Assembly: GCA_043228905.1 (NCBI GenBank)
Contig: JBHGNT010000013.1
Span: 5,394,001-5,458,000 of the forward strand
Source of the DNA: Azolla caroliniana
Lineage: Eukaryota > Plantae > Polypodiophyta
Direction: 5' to 3'
Length of the DNA stretch: 64,000 nt
The notes under the pieces are model-generated. The model did no database searches. It was not told where the DNA came from and saw only the letters and a program-made list of their open reading frames with translations. Of the stretch, positions 11,977-24,239 are shown one piece after another (position 1 is the first letter of the stretch; each line of letters begins with the position of its first letter). The translations under genes were made by a program, and so were the position numbers.

Positions 11977-12440
11977 CTAAGTCATATTTATACTAAAATG
12001 ACTTTTCGGCTATTTATAAATATAGCCCCGATGGACTCTTAGAAACATATTTACGAATATGTCCCTTCATCCGGTGATCACTCTTCACCAGGCTTGCATC
12101 ATCAGGCACTTGCCGGGCACTCACCATCCGGTTCTCACCAGGTCATCCGTAGCCGAGTACTCCTCATCTGGTTCTCACCGGGTCATCCCTAGCCGGGTAC
12201 TCCTCATCCGGTTCTCACCGGGTCATCCGTAGCCAGGTACTCCTCATCCGGTTCTCACCAAGTCTTCATCATCCGGTTCTCACTAGGTCATGGGTAGCCG
12301 GGTACTCCACATCCAGTTTTCACCGGGTCTTCATCATCTGCTTCTCACCGGGTCATCCGTAGCCGGGTACTCCTCATCTAGAGGGACCTGTTTCCTTACA
12401 AACTCCCCCTTCACTCCGGCATGGGATGTCTCACTAGTAA

Positions 12441-13283
12441 GCATGTGGTCGTGGACACATGTTGCCAAGCAATACATGACTCGACTAGCCGCTTGCTCCC
12501 ATGTTGCGTAGTCGGCGTGCTTTGAGTTGGGTTGATTTTCTTGAGCGCCGTTGATATAGCTCTAATACCCTTGATCGACAAGGTATTGGGTCATCTTGTA
12601 CTCCCAAAATCAATAATTACTCTAGTCTAGCTTTGCACTAGGAAGCAAGCTACCCATTTATGTGTTCATGTTGATTTTAGTGTCTTCTCTTCTTTTGCTT
12701 TTCTTCCTTTGATCACGTACACGTGCTACGTAGCAGCACTACGGTAGCGATAGCCGGATTTTGTCGTCAGCATCTCGAACCCACAATCACGAAGTTGGGT
12801 GGACTTAGTGGATTTTCTAAACTACACGCTCTGATACCATGTTAAGAATTAGGGAAGTAATTAAGTATGGGTTAATTAGCACCTAATTATGTGATTCAGT
12901 TAATAAGCAGAAGATTAAGTGATATGTGTCTGTATGTATGTGAGAGGAAGAGAGAGAGAGAGATACACTTATGAACAACACAAGATGGGGGATGAGTAAC
13001 TATATTAAATTAGCTTTATCATCATCAAATACAAAAATACCCACAATGAGGTATATATACATCTCATGTGCAAAGGTGCACATGTGTGAGTAGAATATAG
13101 GTACTAATGTGTAAGTCCTATATTAAATGTACTTCGGAGTGGAGGATCTAGAATATCCCACTTAAGTACAAGGTCCTATTTTAGGCATTATAGTCAACAC
13201 TTCTAACTAGATTCTATCTAGGTAACTACAAAGTTACATGGTTGACTAACTAACTAAACTAAGTTGAGCTTGATCTCTCAACA
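12441..13283 (-). mobile_element. Copia 5' end remnant: LTR 12840-13283, PBS-Met and decayed gag start
   Basis: GCTCTGATACCA at 12828-12839 abuts TGTTAAG, and the LTR ends CTCAACA at 13283. The gag-like LPSAKLD*SNY...YKMTQYL resembles the gag at 27288. Confidence 0.8.
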
Positions 13284-14545
13284 CTTCCAATTCATCAATG
13301 CATAGACCAAATAGTGTTGGTGAGAGTGGGCATCCTTGCTTAACACCAATAGTGCTTTTGAAAATATCGGAAAGTTTATCTCTCATGTGCACACAACATA
13401 TAACCTTCTCATAAATTCGAGAAATTGCAAACATATATTCACTTGGCACCTCAAGTTCTTCCATTCGGCTCCAAAGATGCTCACCAGGTACCATATCAAA
13501 AGCTTTCTTGAAGTCTACAAAACAACAATATAAACCTTTACCTCTAAGGCGACTTTTCTCCATTAATACCCAAAAGGTGATAAGGTGATCAATGGTGCTA
13601 TGTTGTTTTCGAAAGCCAACTTGTCCATAAGCTCTCTTAACATTTCTTTCAGCCCATACAATTATCTTTGATTCCATTATACATCCAAACAGTTTTTTCA
13701 TTAATGAGCCAACCATGATGGTTCGATAGTTGTTTACATTATTTACATTTGCACCTTTATGTAAAGATTTAATCCAATTTGTAGTCCAATCATATGGCAT
13801 ACCATGTTGCAATGCATCATTAAACATATCGCTTATCCATACATGTGCTTCCTTTCCAGTCCATTTGAGCATTTTCGCCTTTACACATTGAAGATCGCTT
13901 GCCTTTCGAGAGGCCAATTTCTTAAGTCCTATGCATATATCTTCAATTGTAAAGAAGGGAGGCATATGTGAAAAAGAACCATAACATATTATCTTTCCTA
14001 CAAGAGATAACTCATATAAATTCTTATAATGCATAGACAAGTCGTGAAGAGTTAAGTCACCATAAGTCTCAACATGTTTCCCCTTTAGATTTCCCCAAAA
14101 TTTAGCACATGCATGTGCTTTCTCTTGCATTTGGATAAATTGTTGAGTAACTTCCCATATTCTTCTCTTTCTTTGAATAAGCCTTTTATACTCATGCAAA
14201 TGCTTTTGGTAATTCTCTTTATCCTTAACTACATTCAAAACCATAAGGCACTTTCAAGCTTCACGACATTCTTTATCAAACCATTTTTTCCTAAGTTTCT
14301 TAGTGCATTTCCAAGATGTGTGGTTGGTCGAAAAACATTTGTTTGCACAGGAGAGAATGACTTTCTTGAAACCTTCCCATTTGCATTTTAGTGTGGAACC
14401 ATGTTGTATCTTTGTCATTTGTAACATATCCTCAACCATCTTGGAATACATGGGTGCTCGCTTAAGGTTCATGCTCAAGTGCGGTTGTTTGTTATCTTTA
14501 TCAACCTTCTCACAATCAAACCTATACATACATTTGAAATCAATC
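13284..14545 (-). mobile_element. LINE ORF2 reverse transcriptase fragment (RTE/RTEX-like)
   Basis: Motifs KKWFDKECREA, NYRTIMVGS, QVGFRK, FVDFKKAFD and GVKQGCPLSPTLF. Truncated by the LTR at 13283. Confidence 0.9.
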
Positions 14546-14729
14546 AGAGAGAGAGAGAGAGAAAGTAGAGAAAGATGAAGATAGAATGTACAGAGAGAGA
14601 CAAAGAAAGAAGACTGGAAATGGAAATGAGTTTATATTATAAGATCACAAGGGTTACAATTAGTAGGTGTGAAGTCAATTTTTGCTTGTAAGAAAAGACC
14701 ATGGCAAATACATCGGATGCTAAGGTGTA

Positions 14730-17700
14730 TTAGGAAGACCTTGGATGTAAGAGTTAAATGTAATCCAGGGTTGGAGTAATGGCATCATGACCTTATCACC
14801 ATCGGAGGGGTTCAACATCTTTTATGACATGCATCTACAACGAGTAATTAAAGGTGAAAAGGAGAAAGAATCGTCTTCCTACAATAACGAGCGAGAAAGG
14901 GAAAGTTTATCAAGTGATGAATCCTCATCGGATTGGGAGGAAAGTACATCCTATGTGGTGTCTGAGGACGAAGCAGAAGGGGAATTGAAGAAGAAAGCAT
15001 TATCACCTTGGAGGAGAAAGAGAAGATGATTTCGAAATATATCCAAGGAGAAGAACGTCAAAGGTTTATTTCTCTTATTTCTGAGTTTCCAAAATTCTTC
15101 ATAAATGACTATTCACGGATAAGAGTAGTAGATGTCATCAAGCATCACATCAATTTAAAGGAAGTGTACCGGTTGCTCAAAAGCTTCACCGATTAGGTAT
15201 GGCACAAAAGGAAGCTCTTTTAAAGGAAGTCAAAGCATTGTTGAGAGCAGGTTTCATTTACCCCGTGGAGGATTCTGAGTGGGTATCACCAATTGTTGTA
15301 GTTCCGAAAAAGAATGGCAAGTGGCGGGTATGTGTCGACTTCAAACCCTTGAATGCTTCCACCAAACGAGATCATTTTCCACTTCCTTTCCAGGATGAGA
15401 TTTTGGATGAGATTGTTGGGCATGACCTATACACCATTTGTGATGGTTACTATGGTTATCTTCAAATAAGAACCGTCGAAGAAGACCAAAGAAAAACAAC
15501 ATTTATTACTCCTTGGGGTTGTTTTGCATATAGGTGTATGCCCTTTGGATTAATTGATGTCATCTTTACTTTTAATCGTTTGGCTATTCATGTATTTCAA
15601 CCCTTTTTTGGAAAGTTTGTAAGGGTGTTTATCGATAATTTTGCTATATATAGCAAAAAGATTGATCATCTAGAGAAGGTGCGGGAGGCTTTTAAACGAC
15701 TCGATGAGTGCAAAGGACAACTCAACCCTAACAAGTGTCACATTGGTGAAAAAGAGGTGGTGATTCTTGGACATGTGGTATCTCTTCAAGGAATCAAGGT
15801 GGATCCATTAAAGATTAAGGCACTAGAAGATCTACTTTACCCAAACGATATTAAGTCATTGCAAACATTTGTACACAACGTGCGTTATTTTGAAAGGTTC
15901 ATCCATATGTTATCCCAAGTACTTTATCCGTTTAGAGTCATCCTATGCACCAATGTATTTGTGTGGAATCCTTTTCTAGAAGAAAATTTTAATACAATAA
16001 GAGATCTATTATCGAAAGCTCCTATCCTTAAGCCTCCTAATAGTAGGTCCACATTCTTCCTTTCTCTTAGTATCAGTTCTCATGCTATCGGTGCTATTCT
16101 TATGCAACAAGATCCTCATAATAAACGTATGCATCCTATTTACTTTATTAGTAGAGCCATAACTGATGTGGAAAAGACTTTCATGGATATAGAGAAGTGT
16201 ATGTTAACCCTAATTTATGCATTCAAAAAGTTTAGGAGTTTTCTAATTTCCCAACACTTTGTAATCATCACTAATATGCCCTTGCTACCATATATTCTCC
16301 AACATGTTAGTGTGTCAGCTAGGATTATGAAATGGGCTCTCCAATTAGTTGAATATGATTTTGAGGTTAAGCTTGAGTCTACCACGCATGCGGAGTTGGC
16401 AGACCCTCTAACTTTTAGAGAAAACCTTCATGGCGAGGAATTGACAAAGATAAGAGAAGCTTTTCCTGAACCAGATATGGAGGATGCTTTCACGTTATTC
16501 TTTGATGGAGATTTTCGTAAAGCGACACATTCAGCGGTTGGAGGCCTCGTTATTAGAGACCCTAATGGAGAGACCATGCACACGGAACATATTATTTTAT
16601 CCAACGCCAATACCAACAATGAAGTAGAGTACGACACTTTGTGCTATAGCCTTTGAATTTGTAAGGCAAGACATATTAGAAGATTGATCATAAAAAGTGA
16701 TTCTCTTTTGGTTATCAAACAAATTCAAGGAGTGTGGAAATGTCAAACTGATGGTTTACGTACGTTTTTTAAGGAGGCACTAACTTCAATTAAGTATGTC
16801 CATAAAGTTCAACTAAAACATGTAAGTCATTTGGACAATAAAGAGGTTGATGCACTTGCTCAAGATCAATTAAAGAAATTGAAACTTCAGATAATACGCG
16901 TTTTGGAAGAGTGTAAAGATGTGACATCTCTTATGGAGGTATGTGAGTTTCTTAATGGTGGTGATTTTCCTAAAGGTTTAAATCCTACACAAAGAAAACT
17001 ATTGGTGGTGAGAGCATCCCAATATATGATGGTGGATAAGGACTTATATCATAAAGGCAAAGATGGTGTTTTACGACGAGTGCCTATGAAGGAGGAAATT
17101 GCGGAGATCTTACAAGAGATGCATGAGGAGGCTTGTGGAGGGCATTTTCTCATGATATCATGTTGAGAAATTTTTTATTAATAGGTTTTACATGGCCTTC
17201 TATCCACAAAGATATTCATGAATGGTGCAAGTCGTGTGATGTTTGTCAAAACGTAGGAAGAAAACATATTCAAGCGCGCCCTTTGCATCCTATTGTGGTT
17301 TTTACTAACTTGAAAAATTGGGAATTGATGCGGTGGGTCCCCTTCGAAGAACCCAAAGTGGTAAAGAATTCATATTGTTAGCTAATGATTACATGACTAA
17401 GTGGGTAGACGCAATGACGACATCCTCGATTAAAGCAAGGGATGTGGCACAATTCATCTACCGTAATATTTGTATGAGATTTGGTGTACCGCTAGAGATA
17501 GTATCTAATCACGGTCCAAGTTTTCGTGGTGAAGTGATGACTTTCTTATTAGAAAGGTTAACGATCAAACATAGATATTCTACTCCCTATTATCCTCAAG
17601 CTAATGGAGCAGTCGAAAAGGTAAATGGTATTTTGGTTAAAAATCTTCAAAAACTTGTAACAAATAGAATAAGAACATGAGATGAGTTCCTTGATGATGC

Positions 17701-18266
17701 TCTATGGGCCTATCGTATACCATATAAGTCATCCACAGGTTTTAACCCTTTCTTCTTAGTGTATGGACAAGAAGCTTTATTTCTGAAATCGAACTTCAAG
17801 TTAGAAGCAATTGCCTCTTAAGAGCATCTCTATGTGATGAAGAATGCTTCATGATGGATAGGTTGTCACAAAACCATATTCTACAATATTCAAGGAAGGA
17901 AGCAGTAGAGCATTATATACAACAGGCTTGGAGGAGGAAGAAGTATTATGATAAAAGGTCAAGAAAAGATACTTCTTCAAAAGGATCTTTTGTCCTTTGC
18001 TATTACAATCGTTTGACAATATAAAAGGACAAAAGATGATAAATCATTGGGAAGGACCTTTTGTGCGCCATGATTGCTTTGACAATGGAAGTTATCAACT
18101 CAAGAACATGGATGAAACTCTTCATGAACTATGTGTGAATGAATGGCGCTTAAAGAAGTACGCTAATCGGGGATCTACCTACATTTCTATAATGGATAAG
18201 GATATTCAAAAAAACGATTATTGGGAACACGAAGTGAATTTGTCCCCAAGCATATTCCCCAACTAA
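14730..18266 (+). pseudogene. Gypsy pol: protease tail, RT, RNase H, archaeal-type RNase H, integrase
   Basis: Motifs LGRPWM; WVSPIVVVPKKNGKWRVCVDF; FIDN (RT); HPIYFISR (RH); FTLFFDG...TNNEVEY...IIKSDSLLVIKQIQG (aRH); MHEEACGGH, GIDAVGP and YYPQANG (INT). Contains frameshifts. Confidence 0.92.
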
Positions 18267-19070
18267 TTCATGATTCCTTTATTTGGCAATAAGTAAGATT
18301 ATAATATCATTGCCATGTTTTAAATTTTTGTAAGAGTGAGTTTTTTTCCCACCGCTTAACGGAGGTTTTTTCTCACACAATAATTTGTTACATTTTGAGT
18401 ATTTATACTCCTTTTTCTATAGCCTACCATAACGCGAATGAGTTTTCTCATTTTCTTTTTTTTAGGCTCACCATAAATGGTTCGCTCAACAAGCGAGGGG
18501 GGCTAAATGTGAAGTCAATTTTTGCTCGTAAGAAAAGATCATGGAAAATACATCGGATGCTAAGGTGTATAAGAATAAAGCACAATATGAAAGGTTCAAG
18601 AGTTAAAAGACGAATGAAATTGAAGGGATATGAAGCTAGAGGCGTTTTCCAAAACTAGAAAAAACACAGAAAAAGCAAGGCAGAGAAAAAAGCTCATAAC
18701 TTCTTCATCTCATATCCAAATTTCAAAAGAAAATATTTGTAAGAAAGCTGACAAAGAGAGATTTTTTGTATGATAAATTTGGATTAAAAAATAGAAATAA
18801 TGATATGAAAAAAAAACACATCACACAAACTCGAGGATATGTAGAAAGAAAAGAAAAGAAAAAAGTAAGAATAATGCAACTAAAAACCTATAAATATGAG
18901 GGTATTCTTAGCAAGTGGGGAGACGAAAGAGGGAATAGAAGTTCTACAAGAAGAAGTGAGGAAGAATAAGAAGATTAGAAAAAGGAAGGAGACGATTAGT
19001 AGAAGAAAGAGAGAAGATAGAATGACTATTTTACTAATAGTATATTGATGTAGTTATTTGGGGTTGTTAC

Positions 19071-19820
19071 CAAGGTTGTTAGGTACGGTACCGATACCAT
19101 ACGTATATAACGTATTAATACGCGTATAGTACCTCCCAATTTAAAAATACATTTTCTTAATATGTTAAATACTTATAAAATACATAAAATACGTATTTTA
19201 CGCATAGTACATAAAATACTTCTAGAATTTGAAAATTATTTACCTTTCTAAAAAATATCTATAATATTATAAAAAACATCTATGTTTACACAATTTTGTG
19301 ATGTACAATATAGTTCTACATCCTAAAATGCATATAAGACATTTGAACATTTCACATCCTAAAATACTTGTAGTAATATGGATGTCGACATTCCCTTATT
19401 CTATAAATCAGTGTAAGTGTGTATCACAATGTTCTACTTCAAATTGTAATTATTTACAATTATGCCTTCATAGATTGAGGAATCATCTAGGATTATCACA
19501 CTCATGATAGGTTTCTCTTTTCTTCGTTTTCTTCTTCTTCTTCTTCTTCTTCTTCATCGTCGTCTCTTCTATTCTTCTTTCTTCCTTCCCTTGGCTTCTT
19601 TTTACCTAAAATCTTTTTTTCTTTTGGTTTTTGTTGGGGTTTTATTTACATTTTCTTTCTAAATACATATTATACCTGTTTTTTTATAAATACGTTAAAT
19701 AGCGTATTGGACAAATGTACATGATATTTGACTGAACAACATTGAGGTACAATACGTACTATACAAATGATGAGGTACTATAGGTATTTAAACGTTAAAT
19801 ACGGGTACTTAAACAACTTG
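19071..19820. mobile_element. Non-autonomous DNA transposon (hAT-like MITE)
   Basis: Imperfect TIRs CAAGGTTGTT / AAACAACTTG with subterminal GTACC/TACGT motifs. The flank TTGTTAC recurs on both sides (degenerate 8-bp TSD). Confidence 0.65.
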
Positions 19821-22800
19821 TTACTTTTGGAGTCTAAGAGGATTGTAAAAGAATACGTGTGCGGAAACGTATGCGTAAGACACAAAGTACACAGTTCGGA
19901 AGTATGACAGTTCGGTAAAAATGCAAAAATCACAGAGAAGGAGAGGGAGAGACAGTGACAAAGCAGAAATGAAAACTATATTCAAAAATAATTCTCTGTA
20001 TTTTCTCTGTGTCTTTACTTCGTGCTCAGTGAGCACCTTTTATACAAGCCCTCACTATTGGGCTGACACAAGTACTGACAGTACTTGACTGTTCATAAAT
20101 GAGCCTTCTACACTAACTCCCAAAATTATTCCTTACGAGGAATAACGTTCTAACGACCTCTCAGTTTACACGCCGCTATGGCCATGTTGTGCGTACGGTT
20201 TACGCACCCAGTCTACGCACTAGGTTACGCGCCCAATGTTGAGCTTCTATCTCAACACTCCCCCTCAAGCTCAACTTGAGGTTCAATCCGCTCTTCCAGA
20301 TCTCCGCTCCGACTTCTCCTGGCTTTACACCTCGCTCGCGTGCCTTGACCCTTTCGGTCAGCTTGTCTGCATGTGTGGCCCTTCTCAGCTCCCTTGTTGT
20401 CACGGTATTGGCGCCTCTTCTATTGCCCTTTCCTCCGCTCGGCCCTTGGTTGATTTGGCATGTCCGAATCAAACATTTCGATTGAATCGGTCACTACCGA
20501 CTCGTTTCCGCTCACGTCCAAATTGGCTGTCTCCAATTTGTCTTCAGTCTTTAGGCCCTTGACAACATCATACCACGTCTTGGTCTTGGCCTTTACACCC
20601 TTCTTGGTTGTATCTCCACCTTGTCCGGTTATCTTTGGCTCTTTCTTGTTATTACGGCCCTTGTTTCATCCTTTGGCTTCTTCAGCTAATCCGAAATCGA
20701 ATTCTTCATCTAATTCGGCATCGTAGTCACTACCGCTCCTTTCACGTTCACGCTCATGTTGTCCCCCCCTCAAGTTTGGCGTGTCGAGGTGACACAAACC
20801 CAGCTCACCCGAGAAATCCCGCAACTTGTCGAGACCAAGGGGCTTGGTGAAGATGTCGGCAATCTATCGACCCGTGGGAACATATGCTAATTCGACTTCA
20901 CCAAAAAGGACACGCTCGCGAACAAAATGGTAGTGCACCTCAATGTGCTTGGTCTGGGCATGGAATACAGGATTTTTTGCAAGGTGGATACTGCTGAGGT
21001 TGTCACAATAGATCATTGTTGGATCGGACACCTCCACATGCAGATCCCGTAATAGTCGTTTCAGCCAAATGACTTCGCACGTAGCGACTATCGACCCTCG
21101 ATATTCGGCCTCCATGCTCGACAGTGCCACTGTCAGTTGCTTCTTACTGCTCCACGCAATCGCCACACTGCCCATTGAGAATGCGTATCCGGATGTGGAT
21201 CTAAGGTCGTTGGCATTTTTGGCTCAATCAGCATCCGTGTATCGAACTACGCCTTCCCGATATAGCAACACCATGTCCTTAGTGCCGCTGACATATCGCA
21301 ATATCCTTTGCACGCACTAAAAGTGTTCAGCTGTAGGCTGTGACATAAATTGACTGATCAAGCTAACCGGGTAACTGAGATCCGGTCGAGTGATCATCAA
21401 GTAGATTAGGCTTCCGACAATCTATCGGAACCGTGTTGGGTCGCATGGCTTTCCCAAATCTCAGCGAAGGTTTACGTTTCTATCCAGAGGGGTCGTATTG
21501 ACGTAGTGACGTTGGCTGATCAATATGACTTCGGGGGTGCAGGTCACTTCGATCCCGAGGAAGTAATGAAGGTCGCAAAGATCCTTCATTTTGAACAATG
21601 CCGCAAGCTGAGAGTTTACGCGACCGATTTCTTCCAGGTCGGCATCGGCGATGACTAAATGATCAACATAAAGTAAAAGACAAACCGGTCCATGTCGACC
21701 TAGCCGAACAAACAACGAAGAGTCTGATCTAGACGTTGTAAACCCCATTCAACGCAACTGTTGCGTAATCTTCCCATTCCAAGCTCGCAGGCCTTGTTTA
21801 AGTCCATATAACACCTTCTTCAATCGGCAGATTGCCGAAGTGTTCTGTTCGGATAGAAATCTGGGGGGTTGTACCATGTACACATGTTCCTCAAGATCGC
21901 CTTGTAGGAACACATTTTTGACATCCATCTGATGTAAGTGCCACCGCTTCACCGCTGTCGCGGCCAGTAGAACGTGCACCATGGTCATCTTTGCAACCGA
22001 TGCGAACTTCTCGTCGTAATCTACGTCATGCTTCTGTGTGTAGCCTTTCACAACCAAACGAGCCTTATATAGGTTGACCGAGCAGTCAGGGTTGTATTTC
22101 ACCTTAAACACCCACCTGCATCCGATTGGCTTTACATCTTTAGGTGCGTCAACCAGGTCCCAAGTTTCATTGTCCGTTAAAGCGTGCATCTCTTCCTCCA
22201 TCACGGCATGCCAATTCACGTCTTTCGCCGCTTCTGCGTAGCTCTTCAGCTCACACACTTCCTCCACTCGTGTCATGTACACGTAATAGTTCACCATGTA
22301 TTCATTGTACCCGTATCTTTTTATGGGTTTCTTCAGGCGGGTAGATTGGCGTAATTCATGATTACCTGATTTCACGACCTTTCCGGTCGATTTCGACCTC
22401 TTCCGTGGAGGTTCCTTCTCGATTGGCCAGAAGTCAGATTCGCTTTGATTTGACTCGGCACTGCCAAAATCGTATTCCGACATTTTCTTCTTCCCTTTTT
22501 CTTTATGCGTAAACCGTCACCTCGATTCTTTACATGAGGGTAACACAACCAAGTCTCCACTACTCGCCGGCTCCTCATTCGGCCCAGTTAGCTGAAATGA
22601 GATCGGACTCTTTGTCAGAGCTCTAATTTCCTCATCACAGAGAGGTAGTTCGGCCTCGTTGAACTCTTCTTCAGAATTCAGAATGGAGTCATGAGGTATT
22701 GGCTGAGGGGGACTTCGCCGACATGTTTGATGATATGCGGAGTGTCGTCTCCCGTTCTGACCACTCCTTGTTTTTTCGGTTTCTCCAAGTACGAGTACCA

Positions 22801-22988
22801 TTCCTCATGACTCGTCATATGATTTGACGCTCCAAAATCAACATACCACACCTCGCTCGATTTCGAGGTGTTCACGGCCATCGAATTGGCCTTGTGCTTC
22901 ATTACGAAGGTTGGGCCCGATCCATTTCCAGCTCATTTGGAGCTTTCCGCGTAGTGCGACCTCTGACGCCTCTTTGCATCTCTTCCGC

Positions 22989-23938
22989 TGTCGTGTGGTT
23001 TTTCACACACGATATGAAAACTAGAAAAATAAGTATTTAAGATTAGCTTAATGTATTCATATGGAAAGATAGATATCTTCAAGAGCTTCATAACGTATTT
23101 TACTACGCATGAAACGGATAAACAAGTATCAAGTTATGTGAGTGTGAAGTTTGAAGAAAAAAAAAAGATAAAACTGTGAGATATCCCACATAGAAAGGAC
23201 AACATTGGAACCCAGGATATATAACGGAAACCAAAACATATTCATTCTATCAATGTGTAAGAATGTTCAAGGTGACTTGGGCTACATTGTGTGGTGTGCA
23301 CGTTCGGGCGTACGCACGTGTGCACGACCGTGTGGACGCTTCAAGCTGAATTATATGGACAGTCGAATGCAACTAAAAATGGAAGCATGCAACTTAAAAG
23401 TAAAAAGCATGCAACTAAAAGTAAAAGACATGCAACTAAAAATGGAAGCATGCAACTAAAAGTAGAGGCCATACAACTAAAAGTGGACATGCAAAGTAAC
23501 ATTGGGAAGGAGGATCAACAAAGAGCTCGATATATGTCTCATTTTTTCCCTCCACTTTTCTTTCTTTCTTCTTCTTCTCTCTCCCATTCCTTGGGGGAAG
23601 AAATATCTCTCATATTGATATCGGACCACTCCTTACATGGTTGTTGGCTCCTTCCTTTCAAGAATAATCTCTCTTATTCATATCAGACCACTCCTTACAT
23701 GGTTGTTGGCTCCTTTCTTTTTTAAGAATGATCTTTTATTTTCATATCCAATGCATTGTAACATGATTCTAAGTTTATAAAGAATTGATTTCTTTTGCAA
23801 TAAACAAATGTTTCCTCTCATCTCCTTATCTTATATGTGAATCTTGCTTGTGTTGTGCGTGTTGCACTAAATCCTTCTAGTCTAGAAACCCGGCGGTTCC
23901 GCCTCGTGATCCGCACATAGTGACAGATTTTCACGACA
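22989..23938 (+). mobile_element. Gypsy solo LTR (TGTCG...CGACA type)
   Basis: Termini TGTCGTG / CACGACA with 4-bp TSD CCGC/CCAC. ATGCAACTAAAA repeats are shared with the reverse complement of LTR 624-1924. Confidence 0.8.
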
Positions 23939-24239
23939 CCACTAGATCCAACATTGTCCGAATCAGCTCTCTTCTTGCAGCACTCACTCTCCCTGTGGCC
24001 TTTCTTGCCTTAGTACTAGCATTCCGTCGCAGCCTTCTCTTGCTAGTTTCCGGCAGAACTATCACTCCCCTTGCTTTCGGAGGGTTTGGAATTGCTTCCA
24101 GCATTTCGATTATGCCACACGTTTTGCTCTTTTTAGCCACCTCCATTACACGTTGATCCGTCTCATCCGCCTCAACCACGGGTCCTATCTTCCTCCGTGT
24201 ACAGCATCTTGCCAATCACAATGCTTGTCACCGACATCC

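Larger units (their letters stand above)
6185..12440 (-). mobile_element. Truncated Copia: 3' LTR (6185-6564 + 11977-12400), PPT and last pol codons
   Basis: LTR termini TGTCAGG...CCTTACA. It is followed by AACTCCCCCTTCACTCC (PPT on minus strand) and codons LVRHPMPE*, similar to the end of the 6565 element's ORF. Confidence 0.85.
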
